Sequence record: SRR22947727_398
Strand: one strand, 5' to 3'
Length of the DNA stretch: 64,000 nucleotides
Shown piece after piece: positions 27,932 to 38,677 of the stretch. Each line of letters begins with the position of its first letter. Position 1 is the stretch's first letter. The notes beneath the pieces were generated by a model. That model saw only the letters and a program-made list of their open reading frames with translations, did not search any database and was not told where the DNA came from. The position numbers and the translations under genes are program-made.

Positions 27932-29775
27932 TATAAAATCCAGCTTGGTTTACCCAAGACTGAGGCTCCGTCTTCTGAATTTCCTGCCACAGAACGTAAA
28001 GGCTCAAACATATTCATGCCCAAACTATTTAAGTTTTCCACCACTGGAGTTTCAGCATTTTTACGCGATAGCCATTTATCTTCAGATACTACATTTACAG
28101 TACCAGCTTTCGCATCAAGTCGAATTATATCACCATCATTTATTTTACTAATATTACCTCCAGAAATTGCTTCTGGATGCATATGAATAGCGGTGGGAAC
28201 CTTTCCAGACGCCCCAGACATTCGTCCATCAGTAACCATAGCTATCTTAAATCCTCGATCTTGGAGAGATCCTAAAATAGGTGTTAACTTATGTAATTCA
28301 GGCATTCCATTTGCTCTAGGCCCCTGAAACCGTAAAACCACAACAAAATCCTTATCTAGTTTTCCTTCTTTATACATTTCAACTAAACTGTTCTGATTGT
28401 TAATTACTACTGCAGGTGCCTCAACAATCCAGTTTGCACTTTTGACAGCTGATACTTTTATTACAGACCTCCCTATATTACCGGTCAACAGTTTAAGCCC
28501 GCCATTTTTTTGAAATGGCTCGCTAACAGTAGTTAATACCTTATTATCAAGACTTTGCTTAGGACCTTCCCTATATAATATTGTATTCAGTTCGGCATGG
28601 GTATTTTTTATCGGTTCATAGGTATATGCAGCAAGACCACCCTCACCAGCAACTGTTTTCACGTCTGTATGTAAGAGTTTAGAGTCAATTAACTCTCTAA
28701 TGAGGTATGACATACCTCCAGCAGCATGAAAGTGATTAATATCAGATACCCCGTTTGGGTATATCTTACAGATCAATGGTACTATATCAGCAATATCAGA
28801 AAAATCATTCCAATTAATAATAATTCCCGCGGCAGCTGCTATAGCAATCATATGAATAGTAAGGTTTGTTGAACCACCTGTTGCCATAAGACCCACAAGA
28901 CCATTCACAATCGCTTTTTCATCAATAATATGTCCTATGGGTGTTAATTTGCCTGATATATCAGTCATCTGTACAGCTCTTCTGGTAGTTTGAGCGGTTA
29001 TAGCATCTCGAAGTGGTGTATTTGGATGCACAAAAGAAGCACCAGGCAATTGCAGACCCATAATTTCCATTAACATTTGATTAGTATTAGCTGTACCATA
29101 GAATGTACATGTTCCTGGAGCGTGATAAGATGCAGACTCAACTGCCAATAGTTCATCTCTTCCAACCTTTCCTTCTGCGAATAGCTGTCGCACTTTTATT
29201 TTTTCAGGATTCGGAATTCCGGATGGCATCGGTCCGGCTGGGGCAAAAATTTGGGGAATGTGACCATATTTCAATGCACCAATCAAAAGGCCAGGTACAA
29301 TTTTATCACAGACACCTAGATGAATTGCTGCATCAAACATATCATGGGAAAGAGCAATAGCAGTAGAATAAGCAATAATATCTCTAGAAAAGAGTGATAA
29401 TTCCATTCCGTCTTGTCCCTGTGTAACCCCATCACACATAGCAGGTACACCGCCTGCAACCTGTGCAGTAGCACCATTTCGTCTTGCTGCATGTTTAATG
29501 AGGTCAGGAAATCTAGCGAAAGGTTGATGCGCAGATAACATATCATTATATGCTGTAATAATTCCAATATTAGCCCATTTGGCTCCAAGTATTTCCGTCT
29601 TTTCCAAAATAGGGCAAGCAGCAGCAGCATGTGCTACATTTCCTTCCGATAGTCTTTTTCTTCGCGGTCCGGGACGAATGTTTTTTTGAATGGCATCTAA
29701 GTAACTTTTGCGAGAATACTTTGATCTCTCACGAATACGGTCTGTTACTTTGGCTAAATGCGAATTTATAGTCAT
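27931..29775 (-). CDS. edd: phosphogluconate dehydratase
   Basis: [47 protein letters not shown]. Confidence 0.97.
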   Translation of the reverse strand: MTINSHLAKVTDRIRERSKYSRKSYLDAIQKNIRPGPRRKRLSEGNVAHAAAACPILEKTEILGAKWANIGIITAYNDMLSAHQPFARFPDLIKHAARRNGATAQVAGGVPAMCDGVTQGQDGMELSLFSRDIIAYSTAIALSHDMFDAAIHLGVCDKIVPGLLIGALKYGHIPQIFAPAGPMPSGIPNPEKIKVRQLFAEGKVGRDELLAVESASYHAPGTCTFYGTANTNQMLMEIMGLQLPGASFVHPNTPLRDAITAQTTRRAVQMTDISGKLTPIGHIIDEKAIVNGLVGLMATGGSTNLTIHMIAIAAAAGIIINWNDFSDIADIVPLICKIYPNGVSDINHFHAAGGMSYLIRELIDSKLLHTDVKTVAGEGGLAAYTYEPIKNTHAELNTILYREGPKQSLDNKVLTTVSEPFQKNGGLKLLTGNIGRSVIKVSAVKSANWIVEAPAVVINNQNSLVEMYKEGKLDKDFVVVLRFQGPRANGMPELHKLTPILGSLQDRGFKIAMVTDGRMSGASGKVPTAIHMHPEAISGGNISKINDGDIIRLDAKAGTVNVVSEDKWLSRKNAETPVVENLNSLGMNMFEPLRSVAGNSEDGASVLGKPSWIL

Positions 29776-29776
29776 T

Positions 29777-30496
29777 TTAATTACTCTCACATGTGATCAC
29801 TGTAAGACGGTCTGAAGCAGATAATAATGCTTTCACTGGTGCATTAGACTGTGTGTTTTTAATACTAGATTGAAAAACTTTTGCTTTTTCTTCTCCTGGT
29901 ATTAGTAACATAATATTTCTTGATTGAATTACAGATGAGTAGGTTAAAGAAATTCTATCAGTGTGCTCGCCTGCTACTTTGCATCCAGTTGCGTCAACTG
30001 CTACAACAGAACTTTTATTTTTTGGATCCAGAGCAGAAATCAATCCATTTGAATTAGGAAACCAAGATGCAGTATGACCGTCTAAACCCATTCCCATAAC
30101 GCATATATCAAAAGGTTTCGGTATCCCAGAAATTTGCTTTTCAATAGAATCTATTGCTTGGTATGGAGTTGCATCTTTAGTTTTTAATCCTAAAAATTTT
30201 GCATTTTTAGCTTTACCACTGAATAAACAATCATTCAAAAATGTTTCATTAGATCCAGTCAAACCCACTTCAACCCAACGGTCATCTACTAAACCAATAA
30301 TAACATTATCCCACGGTAAGTCATAGAGGCTTAAAGCTTCATACACTAATCGCGGACTAGAACCTCCTGAAAGCATGACACTTGCCTGACCTCGTGAAGC
30401 AATTGATGAAGATATGATGCCTGCAATACATTTACTTGTATTCGCAATAAAGTCTTTAGTAGAAGAGTAGGAAATATATTTATATTGCTTTTTCAT
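29777..30496 (-). CDS. pgl: 6-phosphogluconolactonase
   Basis: LSGGSSP, VDDRWV, SN, MGMGLDGHTASWFP, RISLT; start set at ATG 30496. Confidence 0.93.
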   Translation of the reverse strand: MKKQYKYISYSSTKDFIANTSKCIAGIISSSIASRGQASVMLSGGSSPRLVYEALSLYDLPWDNVIIGLVDDRWVEVGLTGSNETFLNDCLFSGKAKNAKFLGLKTKDATPYQAIDSIEKQISGIPKPFDICVMGMGLDGHTASWFPNSNGLISALDPKNKSSVVAVDATGCKVAGEHTDRISLTYSSVIQSRNIMLLIPGEEKAKVFQSSIKNTQSNAPVKALLSASDRLTVITCESN

Positions 30497-30506
30497 ATCA
30501 AAAAAA

Positions 30507-31991
30507 TCAGGACCATAAATGATTGGATTTAGACAACATATCATTTGCTTTATCGGGACCTTCAGTTCCCGCATTGTACTTATCAATAGAAGTATCAGAT
30601 AGTCTCCAAGCATTAAGAATACCATCAACCCACTGCCATGCTGACTCTACTTCCCCTCGACACATAAATAAGCTTAAGTTTCCCCTAACTACATCCATCA
30701 ATAACCTCTCATATGCATCTGGGTATCTAACTGTAAAGTTATCAGCATAACTCAGATTTAATGGAAGTGTCTTGAGACGCATACCACCAGCCCCAGGCTC
30801 TTTCACCTCAAACCAAAGTTTAACTGCCTCATCAGGCTGAAGTCTAATAACTAGTTTATTCGGTTTTACTGGAGTATCTCCAAAAATTGAATGTGGAACA
30901 GGCTTGAACTGAATTACAATTTCTGATCGTCGCGAAGACATTCTTTTTCCAGTTCTTAGGTAAATTGGAACACCAGCCCAGCGCCAATTTTCTATTTCTG
31001 CCTTAATCGCAACGTAAGTTTCGGTTGAACTCTCTTTTGAACCAACATCAGTCAAATAATCAGAAAAAATATTATTTTCTTTATTACCACCTATATATTG
31101 TCCGCGAACTGTATTCTGATTTACATCTTCAAGAGTAATATGCTTTAACGCTTTCAAGACTTTAATTTTTTCTGCTCGCACATCATCTGCCTCTAAGGAG
31201 GCAGGTGCCTCCATGGCTGTCAAACAGAGAAGCTGTAAAAGATGGTTTTGTACCATGTCTCTAAGGGCACCAGCATTATCATAATATGCACCTCTGCCTT
31301 CTACACCAATTGACTCAGCAGCAGTAATTTGAACGTAATCAATTGCTTGATTAGACCAAAGTGGTTCAAGCAATATATTGCCAAAACGTAAAACTAAAAG
31401 ATTTTGTACAGTTTCTTTACCAAGATAATGATCTATTCTATATGTATTATTTTCATCAAAAACTTGACCAACACCTTCATTAATTTTTAAAGCAGACTCA
31501 TAATCAGTTCCCAAAGGCTTTTCTAAAACAACACGAGATTTTTCATTAACAAGACCTACTTTATCAAGTTTAACGCATATTTTAGAAAACATCGAAGGAG
31601 GCATTGCAAGATAAAATATACGAATGAGTTCATTTGAAGAGGACAGATTATTCTTTAACACTTTCCAATTGTCGTTATCAAGTACATCAATCTTTACATA
31701 ATAAACTAATTCTAAAAATTTACTCCATAAATTTTGATCAAAGGAAACATCATCAGAAAACTCATGATAGCATTTAGTTATTAAATCATGGTACTCAGAA
31801 CGAGTATAATCTGATCTAGAAACCCCAATAATTCGACTATCGTCTGATATTTGACCGTCACAGTATCGGTGATAAAGAGCTGGTAGAAGCTTTCTACGTG
31901 CCAAATCTCCAGTTCCGCCAAATACAATAATTTCAAAAGGTTCAACAGGAACAAAAGATGAGCCTGAACTCGTATCAATCATATTTTCCAT
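30507..31991 (-). CDS. zwf: glucose-6-phosphate 1-dehydrogenase
   Basis: GGTGDLARRKL, EKP, RIDHYLGKE, DMVQNHL, LRTGKR. Confidence 0.97.
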   Translation of the reverse strand: MENMIDTSSGSSFVPVEPFEIIVFGGTGDLARRKLLPALYHRYCDGQISDDSRIIGVSRSDYTRSEYHDLITKCYHEFSDDVSFDQNLWSKFLELVYYVKIDVLDNDNWKVLKNNLSSSNELIRIFYLAMPPSMFSKICVKLDKVGLVNEKSRVVLEKPLGTDYESALKINEGVGQVFDENNTYRIDHYLGKETVQNLLVLRFGNILLEPLWSNQAIDYVQITAAESIGVEGRGAYYDNAGALRDMVQNHLLQLLCLTAMEAPASLEADDVRAEKIKVLKALKHITLEDVNQNTVRGQYIGGNKENNIFSDYLTDVGSKESSTETYVAIKAEIENWRWAGVPIYLRTGKRMSSRRSEIVIQFKPVPHSIFGDTPVKPNKLVIRLQPDEAVKLWFEVKEPGAGGMRLKTLPLNLSYADNFTVRYPDAYERLLMDVVRGNLSLFMCRGEVESAWQWVDGILNAWRLSDTSIDKYNAGTEGPDKANDMLSKSNHLWS

Positions 31992-32038
31992 TTATTCTTC
32001 TTTAGTTTTAAAATAGTTGTTGAGCTTAGAGCTGAAAA

Positions 32039-32052
32039 TGACAGCGCTGTCA
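32039..32052. promoter_or_regulatory. LacI-family operator 1 (upstream of zwf)
   Basis: Perfect palindrome TGACAGCGCTGTCA that overlaps the stop codon of the LacI gene. Confidence 0.88.
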
Positions 32053-33069
32053 ATTATCTAGTGTGTTTTGAGTATTTGTAGATTCTCTAATAATAAGCTT
32101 ATGTTCAAAATGATAGCTAGACAATTCATCGTCTTTTGAAGGAGGATTAATTAATAAATCAGCAGCCATGTGTCCCATCTCATAGATAGGCTGCTTAACA
32201 GTAGTTAGCTGTGGAAACAATATTTGCGCTAATGGAGTATCATCAAATCCTCCGACTGATAATTTATTTGGTACCTCCATACCTAGTCGACTTGCTACAC
32301 TCACAACACCAGCAGCCATATCATCATTGCTCGCGAATATAGCAGTAGGCGATTCTTTAAGTCCTAATAAATACTCAGCCGCCTCAACGCCTGACCTGAA
32401 AGAAAAATCACCCTCAGCGATAAAACTTTCATTAACTTTTAAATTGGCTTTTTTCATTGCTAACTTATAACCTTCAAACCTCAATGCTGAAGCACTATGT
32501 TCACTATGACCTTTTATAAAACCAATTTTTTTATGGCCATTCCTAATCATATAATCGGTCATTTCGTATGATGCTTGGACATCGTCCATCTTGACAGATG
32601 ACACACCATTTACTTCAATTGTTGGGGCAACAGGAACGTAAGGTATTTTTAATTTTCTTAAAATTCTTAAAATATCTCTATCGTCACACAAAGGTGGAGT
32701 CAAAATCACCCCGTCTACAGGTAGCCTTTCAAGCAATTTTTCAACTTCATCTCCAGCATTAGCTTTCACCATACTTAGCGGCTCAATTACGAGGTAATAA
32801 TTATTATCTCTGCAGGCTTTAATTGCTCCTTTTTGAATATTTGCAATATAATTAGGACTAGGGTTATCATAAAGTAGGGCTATAAGATATGATTTGGAAC
32901 TCGCTAAGCCTTTAGCAGCTAAGTTTGGTGAATAACGCAACTCTTTAGCAGCCTGTAAGACTCTATCACGTGTCGTCTTGGCTACATTTGGCTCATTATT
33001 TAGAACTCGTGAAACTGTCTTCATTGAGACTTTAGCATACTTAGCAACATCTGTGATTGTTGTTTTCAT
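32050..33069 (-). CDS. LacI family transcriptional regulator
   Basis: TITDVAKYAKVSMKTVSRVLN HTH, YSPNLAAKGL hinge, periplasmic-binding-type effector domain. Confidence 0.95.
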   Translation of the reverse strand: MKTTITDVAKYAKVSMKTVSRVLNNEPNVAKTTRDRVLQAAKELRYSPNLAAKGLASSKSYLIALLYDNPSPNYIANIQKGAIKACRDNNYYLVIEPLSMVKANAGDEVEKLLERLPVDGVILTPPLCDDRDILRILRKLKIPYVPVAPTIEVNGVSSVKMDDVQASYEMTDYMIRNGHKKIGFIKGHSEHSASALRFEGYKLAMKKANLKVNESFIAEGDFSFRSGVEAAEYLLGLKESPTAIFASNDDMAAGVVSVASRLGMEVPNKLSVGGFDDTPLAQILFPQLTTVKQPIYEMGHMAADLLINPPSKDDELSSYHFEHKLIIRESTNTQNTLDN

Positions 33070-33183
33070 AAGATCATTCTTATTTTGTGTAAATTATTAG
33101 ATAGAATGGCGTAGGTAGAGGCAAAGGTCAATGAAAGCTCCATACTTATTTAAATAAATTGTAATAAGTGGTAATAGATTTAT

Positions 33184-33197
33184 TGACAGCGCTGTCA
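33184..33197. promoter_or_regulatory. LacI-family operator 2 (between the lacI-family gene and the second glucokinase)
   Basis: Perfect palindrome TGACAGCGCTGTCA. Confidence 0.88.
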
Positions 33198-33250
33198 TTT
33201 CTATCTATTCCATATGTCATAAATATACAAAAAATACAAAAGGGGAAATA

Positions 33251-34219
33251 GTGGTTAAACCCATGATAGTTGGAGATATTGGAGGAACAAATGTTCGTTT
33301 CGCTATCGCCAGCACAGATAATAACGGACTACCTAATCTCAAGCATATCTGGAGCTCACCTTCCAAACATTTTGTTGGATTTGGCGATGCTTTAGAACAC
33401 TTCTTAACTTTGGCTTCACCTAATCAAAACCCAATTGAAGGTATATTCGCTTTAGCAGGCCCAATTGACAAAAACCTAGTGAAACTAACCAATAATAGCT
33501 GGACAGTAAGAAAAGATGACCTAATTTCACGCTTTGGTTTTGAACGCTTAGTATTTATGAATGACTTTGCTGCAACCGCAAGATCAATCCCTGAATTACC
33601 TCCTAAAGCTTTCAAGGTACTGCAAACAGGAGATGTCTCTGGTATTTTATCTGCTAGGCCAACCACAGCAATTGCAGGGGCAGGTACGGGCCTAGGCCAA
33701 GCTCTACTTATAGCGAATGGCCCTAATAAGTGGACAGTTCTACCAACAGAAGGCGGGCATCAACCTTATGCTCCCTTGGATAAGCTTGAGATGGAGATAC
33801 ATAAAACGTTAAAGAGTATATTAAAGTATGTTTCTTTTGAGGATATTTGCTCAGGAAAGGGCCTCGAAAATGTTTATCAAGCTCTCTTAAAAATAAACGG
33901 CTTAGAGGATAAAAGATTAGATGCAAAATCTATCACTGAAGAAGCAAGTCATGGTAGCTTTGTTGCAATACAAACTTGCAAATTCACAGCAAATACTTTG
34001 ATGAACTTTATTGGAAATGCTGTGCTTTCTAGTGGTTCATGGCAAGGAGCTGTTTTAGCTGGTGGAGTTTCACAACACCTAAAAACATATCTTGGAACGG
34101 AATCAGCATTAGAAAAATTTAAAAATAAAGGTAAAATGACACAAAGAATGGAAAATGTTCCACTGCGTTTACTAATTGACCCCACTGCACCCCTAATAGG
34201 AGCAGCATCAAGTAATTAA
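33251..34219 (+). CDS. glucokinase family protein (second paralogue)
   Basis: GDIGGTNVRFA, AGP, NDF, GAGTGLG, EGGH; GTG start after an AGGGG RBS. Confidence 0.88.
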   Translation: MVKPMIVGDIGGTNVRFAIASTDNNGLPNLKHIWSSPSKHFVGFGDALEHFLTLASPNQNPIEGIFALAGPIDKNLVKLTNNSWTVRKDDLISRFGFERLVFMNDFAATARSIPELPPKAFKVLQTGDVSGILSARPTTAIAGAGTGLGQALLIANGPNKWTVLPTEGGHQPYAPLDKLEMEIHKTLKSILKYVSFEDICSGKGLENVYQALLKINGLEDKRLDAKSITEEASHGSFVAIQTCKFTANTLMNFIGNAVLSSGSWQGAVLAGGVSQHLKTYLGTESALEKFKNKGKMTQRMENVPLRLLIDPTAPLIGAASSN

Positions 34220-34268
34220 AATCTGAAAGCTAATTATTAACTCTCAGATCTTACTAGTTTGCCATTTA

Positions 34269-36809
34269 TTAAGCTATACAGATAGCGTCTCCTTCATTAG
34301 AGACTAATTTTACATCAGATATACTAATTGTGAGTTTATTAGAGGTTTCCAGTAACAGAGTACTATTTACAAACTCCATGTCAGAAGCAGCAGCAAAGCA
34401 TGACAGTTTTACTGATAACTCAGCCCATTCGTTTCCATTTAATCCTGAAGAAATTTTATCCAACGGAAGAGATTTTGAACAGTTTGTACCACAATCAACA
34501 GAAAGAGATAACTTATCATCAGAGCTTACATCATCAAATCTAACTCTCATATAAATTGCCATATCAGCAGTATTTTGCCTCGATAAATCGGCTGGAGGGT
34601 TTTTGTTGATAGAGAAAGCACCCTTTCCTTCTCCATTAAAGCTAATAGTACGAATATTTTCTTGAACGCCGTCATCAGCAGAATAAACAGTAACTATTTT
34701 ACCAGGCGAGAGATCTCTAGAAGTTTTTATTACTGTTTCCCCAAACTCATCAGAAACTGTCATATTAAACGGGTACATTGCATTACCAGCTTTGAAAAAG
34801 TCACTATCGTTAATAACTTTTAAGTCCATTCCTGCATTTTCAGACAAAAGACCAACGTTACCAGGGCTAGAATAAGATAACCCGTAACCATAAGCAAAAA
34901 GTGGATCATAGTTTTCATCATCATAATTTAAAGATGTTTGAGTAGCAGTTTTAGGCCAAGAGTAAGGCAACTTTCCTACAAAATCATAATCTATTTCTCC
35001 TTCCACATTAGTAAAAAGCAAATCAGTAGCGTACCCCCCCTCTGAGCCAGGAAGCCAAGCAGCCACAAATGCATCACTCGAGTTAATTTCTCTGTTCATC
35101 CATAAAGGACGTCCTGTTAGAAATATAGCTACAGTTGGTATGCCTTCAGATTTGTACTTCTGCAAAAGCAAGAGGTCAGTATCATCACCCGGCTTATAGG
35201 CTAAGTTTTCTCGATCCCCTCTAAACTCAGCATATGGCTCTTCACCAAAAATAACTATAGCAGCGTCAGGCTTTCCTTTATAATTACCTTTATCATCTGC
35301 CAGTATCACCTTACCATTAGCACTTTCGACATGCCTTTTTATTCCATCAAGAAATGAAGTTCCTCCTGGAAAGTCAGAATTTTTATTTCCATCTCCTTGC
35401 CAAGATAAAGTCCATCCACCAGATTGTTTACCAATATTGTTTGCACCATCACCAGCAACTAGAATAGTTGAAATTGGAGACAATGGAAGAATACCATTAT
35501 TTTTGATTAAAACTTGACTTTCTCTTACTGCTTGACGGGCAACCTCTTTTGAAACAGGGTCTTTCAAAACATCATAATCTCCCGCTCCTGGTCTCGCTGA
35601 AGGTTTACCAGCATTCATTAATCCTGATCTAATTTTTACGCGCAATATTCTTCTGACAGCATCATCAAGTCTATCCAAATCTATTTCACCATTTTCTGCT
35701 TGTTTCAGGGTATTTTCAAAAAGACCCTTCCAACTATCCGGAGCCATATACATATCTAATCCAGCATGTAATGCAGCCGGGCAACTTTCTACTGTGCAAT
35801 TATCAAGTTGCCCATGACCATTCCAATCACCAACAATAAATCCGTCAAAGCCCATCTGACCCTTGAGTACATCAGTTAACAGTCCTTTATGTCCATGTAA
35901 TTTTACACCTTGCCAGCTAGAAAATGATGCCATAACAGACTGAGCCCCTGCATTTATAGCAACAGGGTAAGCAGCACCGTGAATGTCCCTTAACTCTTCT
36001 TCAGTATCAGCATTGTCCCCTTGGTCTATACCTAATGTAGTACCTCCATCACCCAGAAAGTGCTTGGCTGTCGCTATTACGTTATTACCTTTTAACCAAT
36101 TTTCAGAACCTGGTTCTCCTTGGATACCTTTTATCAATTCACCTGCATAAGATGCGGTTACGTCTGGATTTTCAGAGTATCCTTCATAAGTTCTTCCCCA
36201 TCTATCATCTCTAACCACTGCAATGGTTGGAGCAAAAGTCCACTCTTGTCCGCCTACCCTTATTTCTTTAGCAGTAATTTCACCAATCTTACCCATTAGT
36301 GATGGGTTTCTTGTGGCACCAAGTCCAATATTATGAGGAAAAACAGTAGCGCCTGGGACATTATTATGGCCATGCACTGCATCAGTACCCCATATCAAAG
36401 GAATAAAAGGGACACCTTCGCCATATGCATGTTTTGATGCTTCATAAAATTCATCCGCCAGCTTAATCCATTCGGAGGCCGGGGACCTATTATCACCGTT
36501 TGGGGCTGAGTTGCCACCATTAAGGACTGAACCCAGGGGATAGACTTTCAGATCCTCAGGAGTAAGTGACCCTATATCACCCTGGATTACCTGACCTACT
36601 TTATGCCGAAGAGTCATCCCCTCCATTAATGATGTAATTTCTTCCTCTATTACAGGATCAAGACCTACAGGGCTTTGAGCCACTGGCCATATAGATGGAT
36701 TTACCGCTCCAGCCATTGAAGTTTCACTTTGATTTTGAGCAGAACACGCTATCAAAGAAGCGCTCATAATTAAAGCTGAGACCGATTGTATTAAATATTT
36801 ACTATACAT
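34269..36809 (-). CDS. GH3 beta-glucosidase / exo-beta-glucanase, predicted lipoprotein
   Basis: Lipobox LIAC; WGTDAVHG, RDDRWGRTYEG, KHFLGDG, nucleophile region GFIVGDWNG, AWLPGSEG; extra C-terminal domain. Confidence 0.92.
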   Translation of the reverse strand: MYSKYLIQSVSALIMSASLIACSAQNQSETSMAGAVNPSIWPVAQSPVGLDPVIEEEITSLMEGMTLRHKVGQVIQGDIGSLTPEDLKVYPLGSVLNGGNSAPNGDNRSPASEWIKLADEFYEASKHAYGEGVPFIPLIWGTDAVHGHNNVPGATVFPHNIGLGATRNPSLMGKIGEITAKEIRVGGQEWTFAPTIAVVRDDRWGRTYEGYSENPDVTASYAGELIKGIQGEPGSENWLKGNNVIATAKHFLGDGGTTLGIDQGDNADTEEELRDIHGAAYPVAINAGAQSVMASFSSWQGVKLHGHKGLLTDVLKGQMGFDGFIVGDWNGHGQLDNCTVESCPAALHAGLDMYMAPDSWKGLFENTLKQAENGEIDLDRLDDAVRRILRVKIRSGLMNAGKPSARPGAGDYDVLKDPVSKEVARQAVRESQVLIKNNGILPLSPISTILVAGDGANNIGKQSGGWTLSWQGDGNKNSDFPGGTSFLDGIKRHVESANGKVILADDKGNYKGKPDAAIVIFGEEPYAEFRGDRENLAYKPGDDTDLLLLQKYKSEGIPTVAIFLTGRPLWMNREINSSDAFVAAWLPGSEGGYATDLLFTNVEGEIDYDFVGKLPYSWPKTATQTSLNYDDENYDPLFAYGYGLSYSSPGNVGLLSENAGMDLKVINDSDFFKAGNAMYPFNMTVSDEFGETVIKTSRDLSPGKIVTVYSADDGVQENIRTISFNGEGKGAFSINKNPPADLSRQNTADMAIYMRVRFDDVSSDDKLSLSVDCGTNCSKSLPLDKISSGLNGNEWAELSVKLSCFAAASDMEFVNSTLLLETSNKLTISISDVKLVSNEGDAICIA

Positions 36810-36864
36810 TATAGTTTCCTTTTACCATATTTGCATTGATAGATTGAGTTTATAGCTCTTGTTT

Positions 36865-38457
36865 TTACCAGAAAGCCGCATAAAGCGCTATCAGGGTTAG
36901 ACCTATAATTCCTGACCACATATTAAAGCTCGTGGATGTCTTAAAGTTTATATCACCCAAGTTAACTGATTGCTCCTTACTAGGAGCACTTGTGAGCTTT
37001 GACACAATCACACCTAATGCTGTGCAGCCTAGGAATATTGCCCAGATTCGATTTACAAACTGAAAGTCAGGGAAGATGATAGCTACTGCAAATGATAAAA
37101 CAATAGATGCAATTAGCATGGCATATGCTCCTGATGAGTTTGCGGATTTATAAAACATACCCAACAAGAAAACAGAGACCACTCCTGGAGCTACGTACCC
37201 AGTTAATTCTTGAACGGTTTGAAAAGCACTTTCCATATTTTGAAAAATTGGCTGAGCAATTATAACTGCAAAGATCATTGCGCTGACTGCTGTTAGCCGC
37301 CCAATCATTACGTAATGAGTCTCAGTACGTCCTGATTTAGCCGTTTTATAAATATCCATGGTAAATATTGTTGATATAGAGTTCATCATTGAAGCCAAAG
37401 AAGATACTATCGCTGCAACCAAAGCAGCAAATATTAAACCGCGTAAACCGCTTGGCATTATGCGCATTACCTCAGGATATGCCTTGTCCGTTTTGTCTGC
37501 TAACACTTCTGCATTTAGTGCACTAAATTCGGGCGTGGCAAGCATAACAGCGGCTATACCAGGTAATACTATAATAAGCGGCATCAATAACTTCAAAGCA
37601 GCAGCAAAGACCAAGCCTTTTTGAGCCTCTTTAATATCTTTAGCTCCCAAAGCGCGTTGGATGATATATTGATTAAAACCCCAATAATTAAGATGAAGTA
37701 TCCAAAGTCCGCCTAATAGAGTCCAAATACCAGGCATTGTATCATAACCATACTGATCTTTTTCAAATATCATATCAAATTTATCGGGAAGCTCAGTATA
37801 CATTCTTTTAAAACCACCAAGAACACCACTATCTCCGCCGATTATACCCATAGTAAGCCAGGCAATAATAAATCCACCGATTACCAGTATGACTACTTGG
37901 ATAATATCAGTTAATGCCACCGCCTTTAATCCGCCCCAATATGAATAAAGTATAGCAAACCCTCCAAGAGCTGCCATACTCGGCAGTATTGCAAGACCTG
38001 TGAGAGTATTTACAGCAAGAGCGCCCAACCAAAGAACAGTTGTTAGGTTAACTGCAGTATATAGAAATATCCAATATCCTGACATCAAGGTTTTCACACC
38101 TGATCCGTATCGCGTTTCTAAAAACTGTGGCATTGTATAAATTTCACGTTTAAGAAATATTGGTAAAAAGTATTTCGCTACCAATATTAGGACTATTGCC
38201 GCTTGCCACTCATAAGCAGCAATTGCTAAACCAATACGAAAGCCCTCACCTGACATTCCTATTATTTGCTCAGCAGATATATTGGCCGCTATCAGAGAAG
38301 CGCCAATAGCCCACCAAGGAAGGGACTTTCCTGCTAAAAAATAATCTTCCGTGTTTTTAGAATGACCGTCTTTTTCTCGTGATACATACAAAGCAACGCC
38401 CAACAGCATGACTGCGTAAGCACCAAGAACCCATAAATCTAAACTCGATAATGACAT
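36865..38457 (-). CDS. sodium:sugar symporter (SSS family, SGLT-like)
   Basis: DYFLAGKSLPWWAIGASLIAANISAEQ, YEW, YWGFNQYIIQR, AAIVSSLAS. Confidence 0.93.
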   Translation of the reverse strand: MSLSSLDLWVLGAYAVMLLGVALYVSREKDGHSKNTEDYFLAGKSLPWWAIGASLIAANISAEQIIGMSGEGFRIGLAIAAYEWQAAIVLILVAKYFLPIFLKREIYTMPQFLETRYGSGVKTLMSGYWIFLYTAVNLTTVLWLGALAVNTLTGLAILPSMAALGGFAILYSYWGGLKAVALTDIIQVVILVIGGFIIAWLTMGIIGGDSGVLGGFKRMYTELPDKFDMIFEKDQYGYDTMPGIWTLLGGLWILHLNYWGFNQYIIQRALGAKDIKEAQKGLVFAAALKLLMPLIIVLPGIAAVMLATPEFSALNAEVLADKTDKAYPEVMRIMPSGLRGLIFAALVAAIVSSLASMMNSISTIFTMDIYKTAKSGRTETHYVMIGRLTAVSAMIFAVIIAQPIFQNMESAFQTVQELTGYVAPGVVSVFLLGMFYKSANSSGAYAMLIASIVLSFAVAIIFPDFQFVNRIWAIFLGCTALGVIVSKLTSAPSKEQSVNLGDINFKTSTSFNMWSGIIGLTLIALYAAFW

Positions 38458-38512
38458 TATTTCCCCTAAAAATATTTTACCCTAATATAATCATAAGGAT
38501 AATTCAGCATTA

Positions 38513-38526
38513 TGACAGCGCTGTCA
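38513..38526. promoter_or_regulatory. LacI-family operator 3 (upstream of the SSS-GH3 operon)
   Basis: Perfect palindrome TGACAGCGCTGTCA. Confidence 0.88.
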
Positions 38527-38677
38527 ACTCAAAGGGTTTAATTTAAAGGTTAAAATAGAAAGAAACAAACAAGAAATTTAAGTAAATTAAAAGATTTAAT
38601 AAATTGCAGATATAAACTATTAAGATAAATCGTAGTAAATTTATAAATCAGATTATAGAAATAACCATATATCAAAA

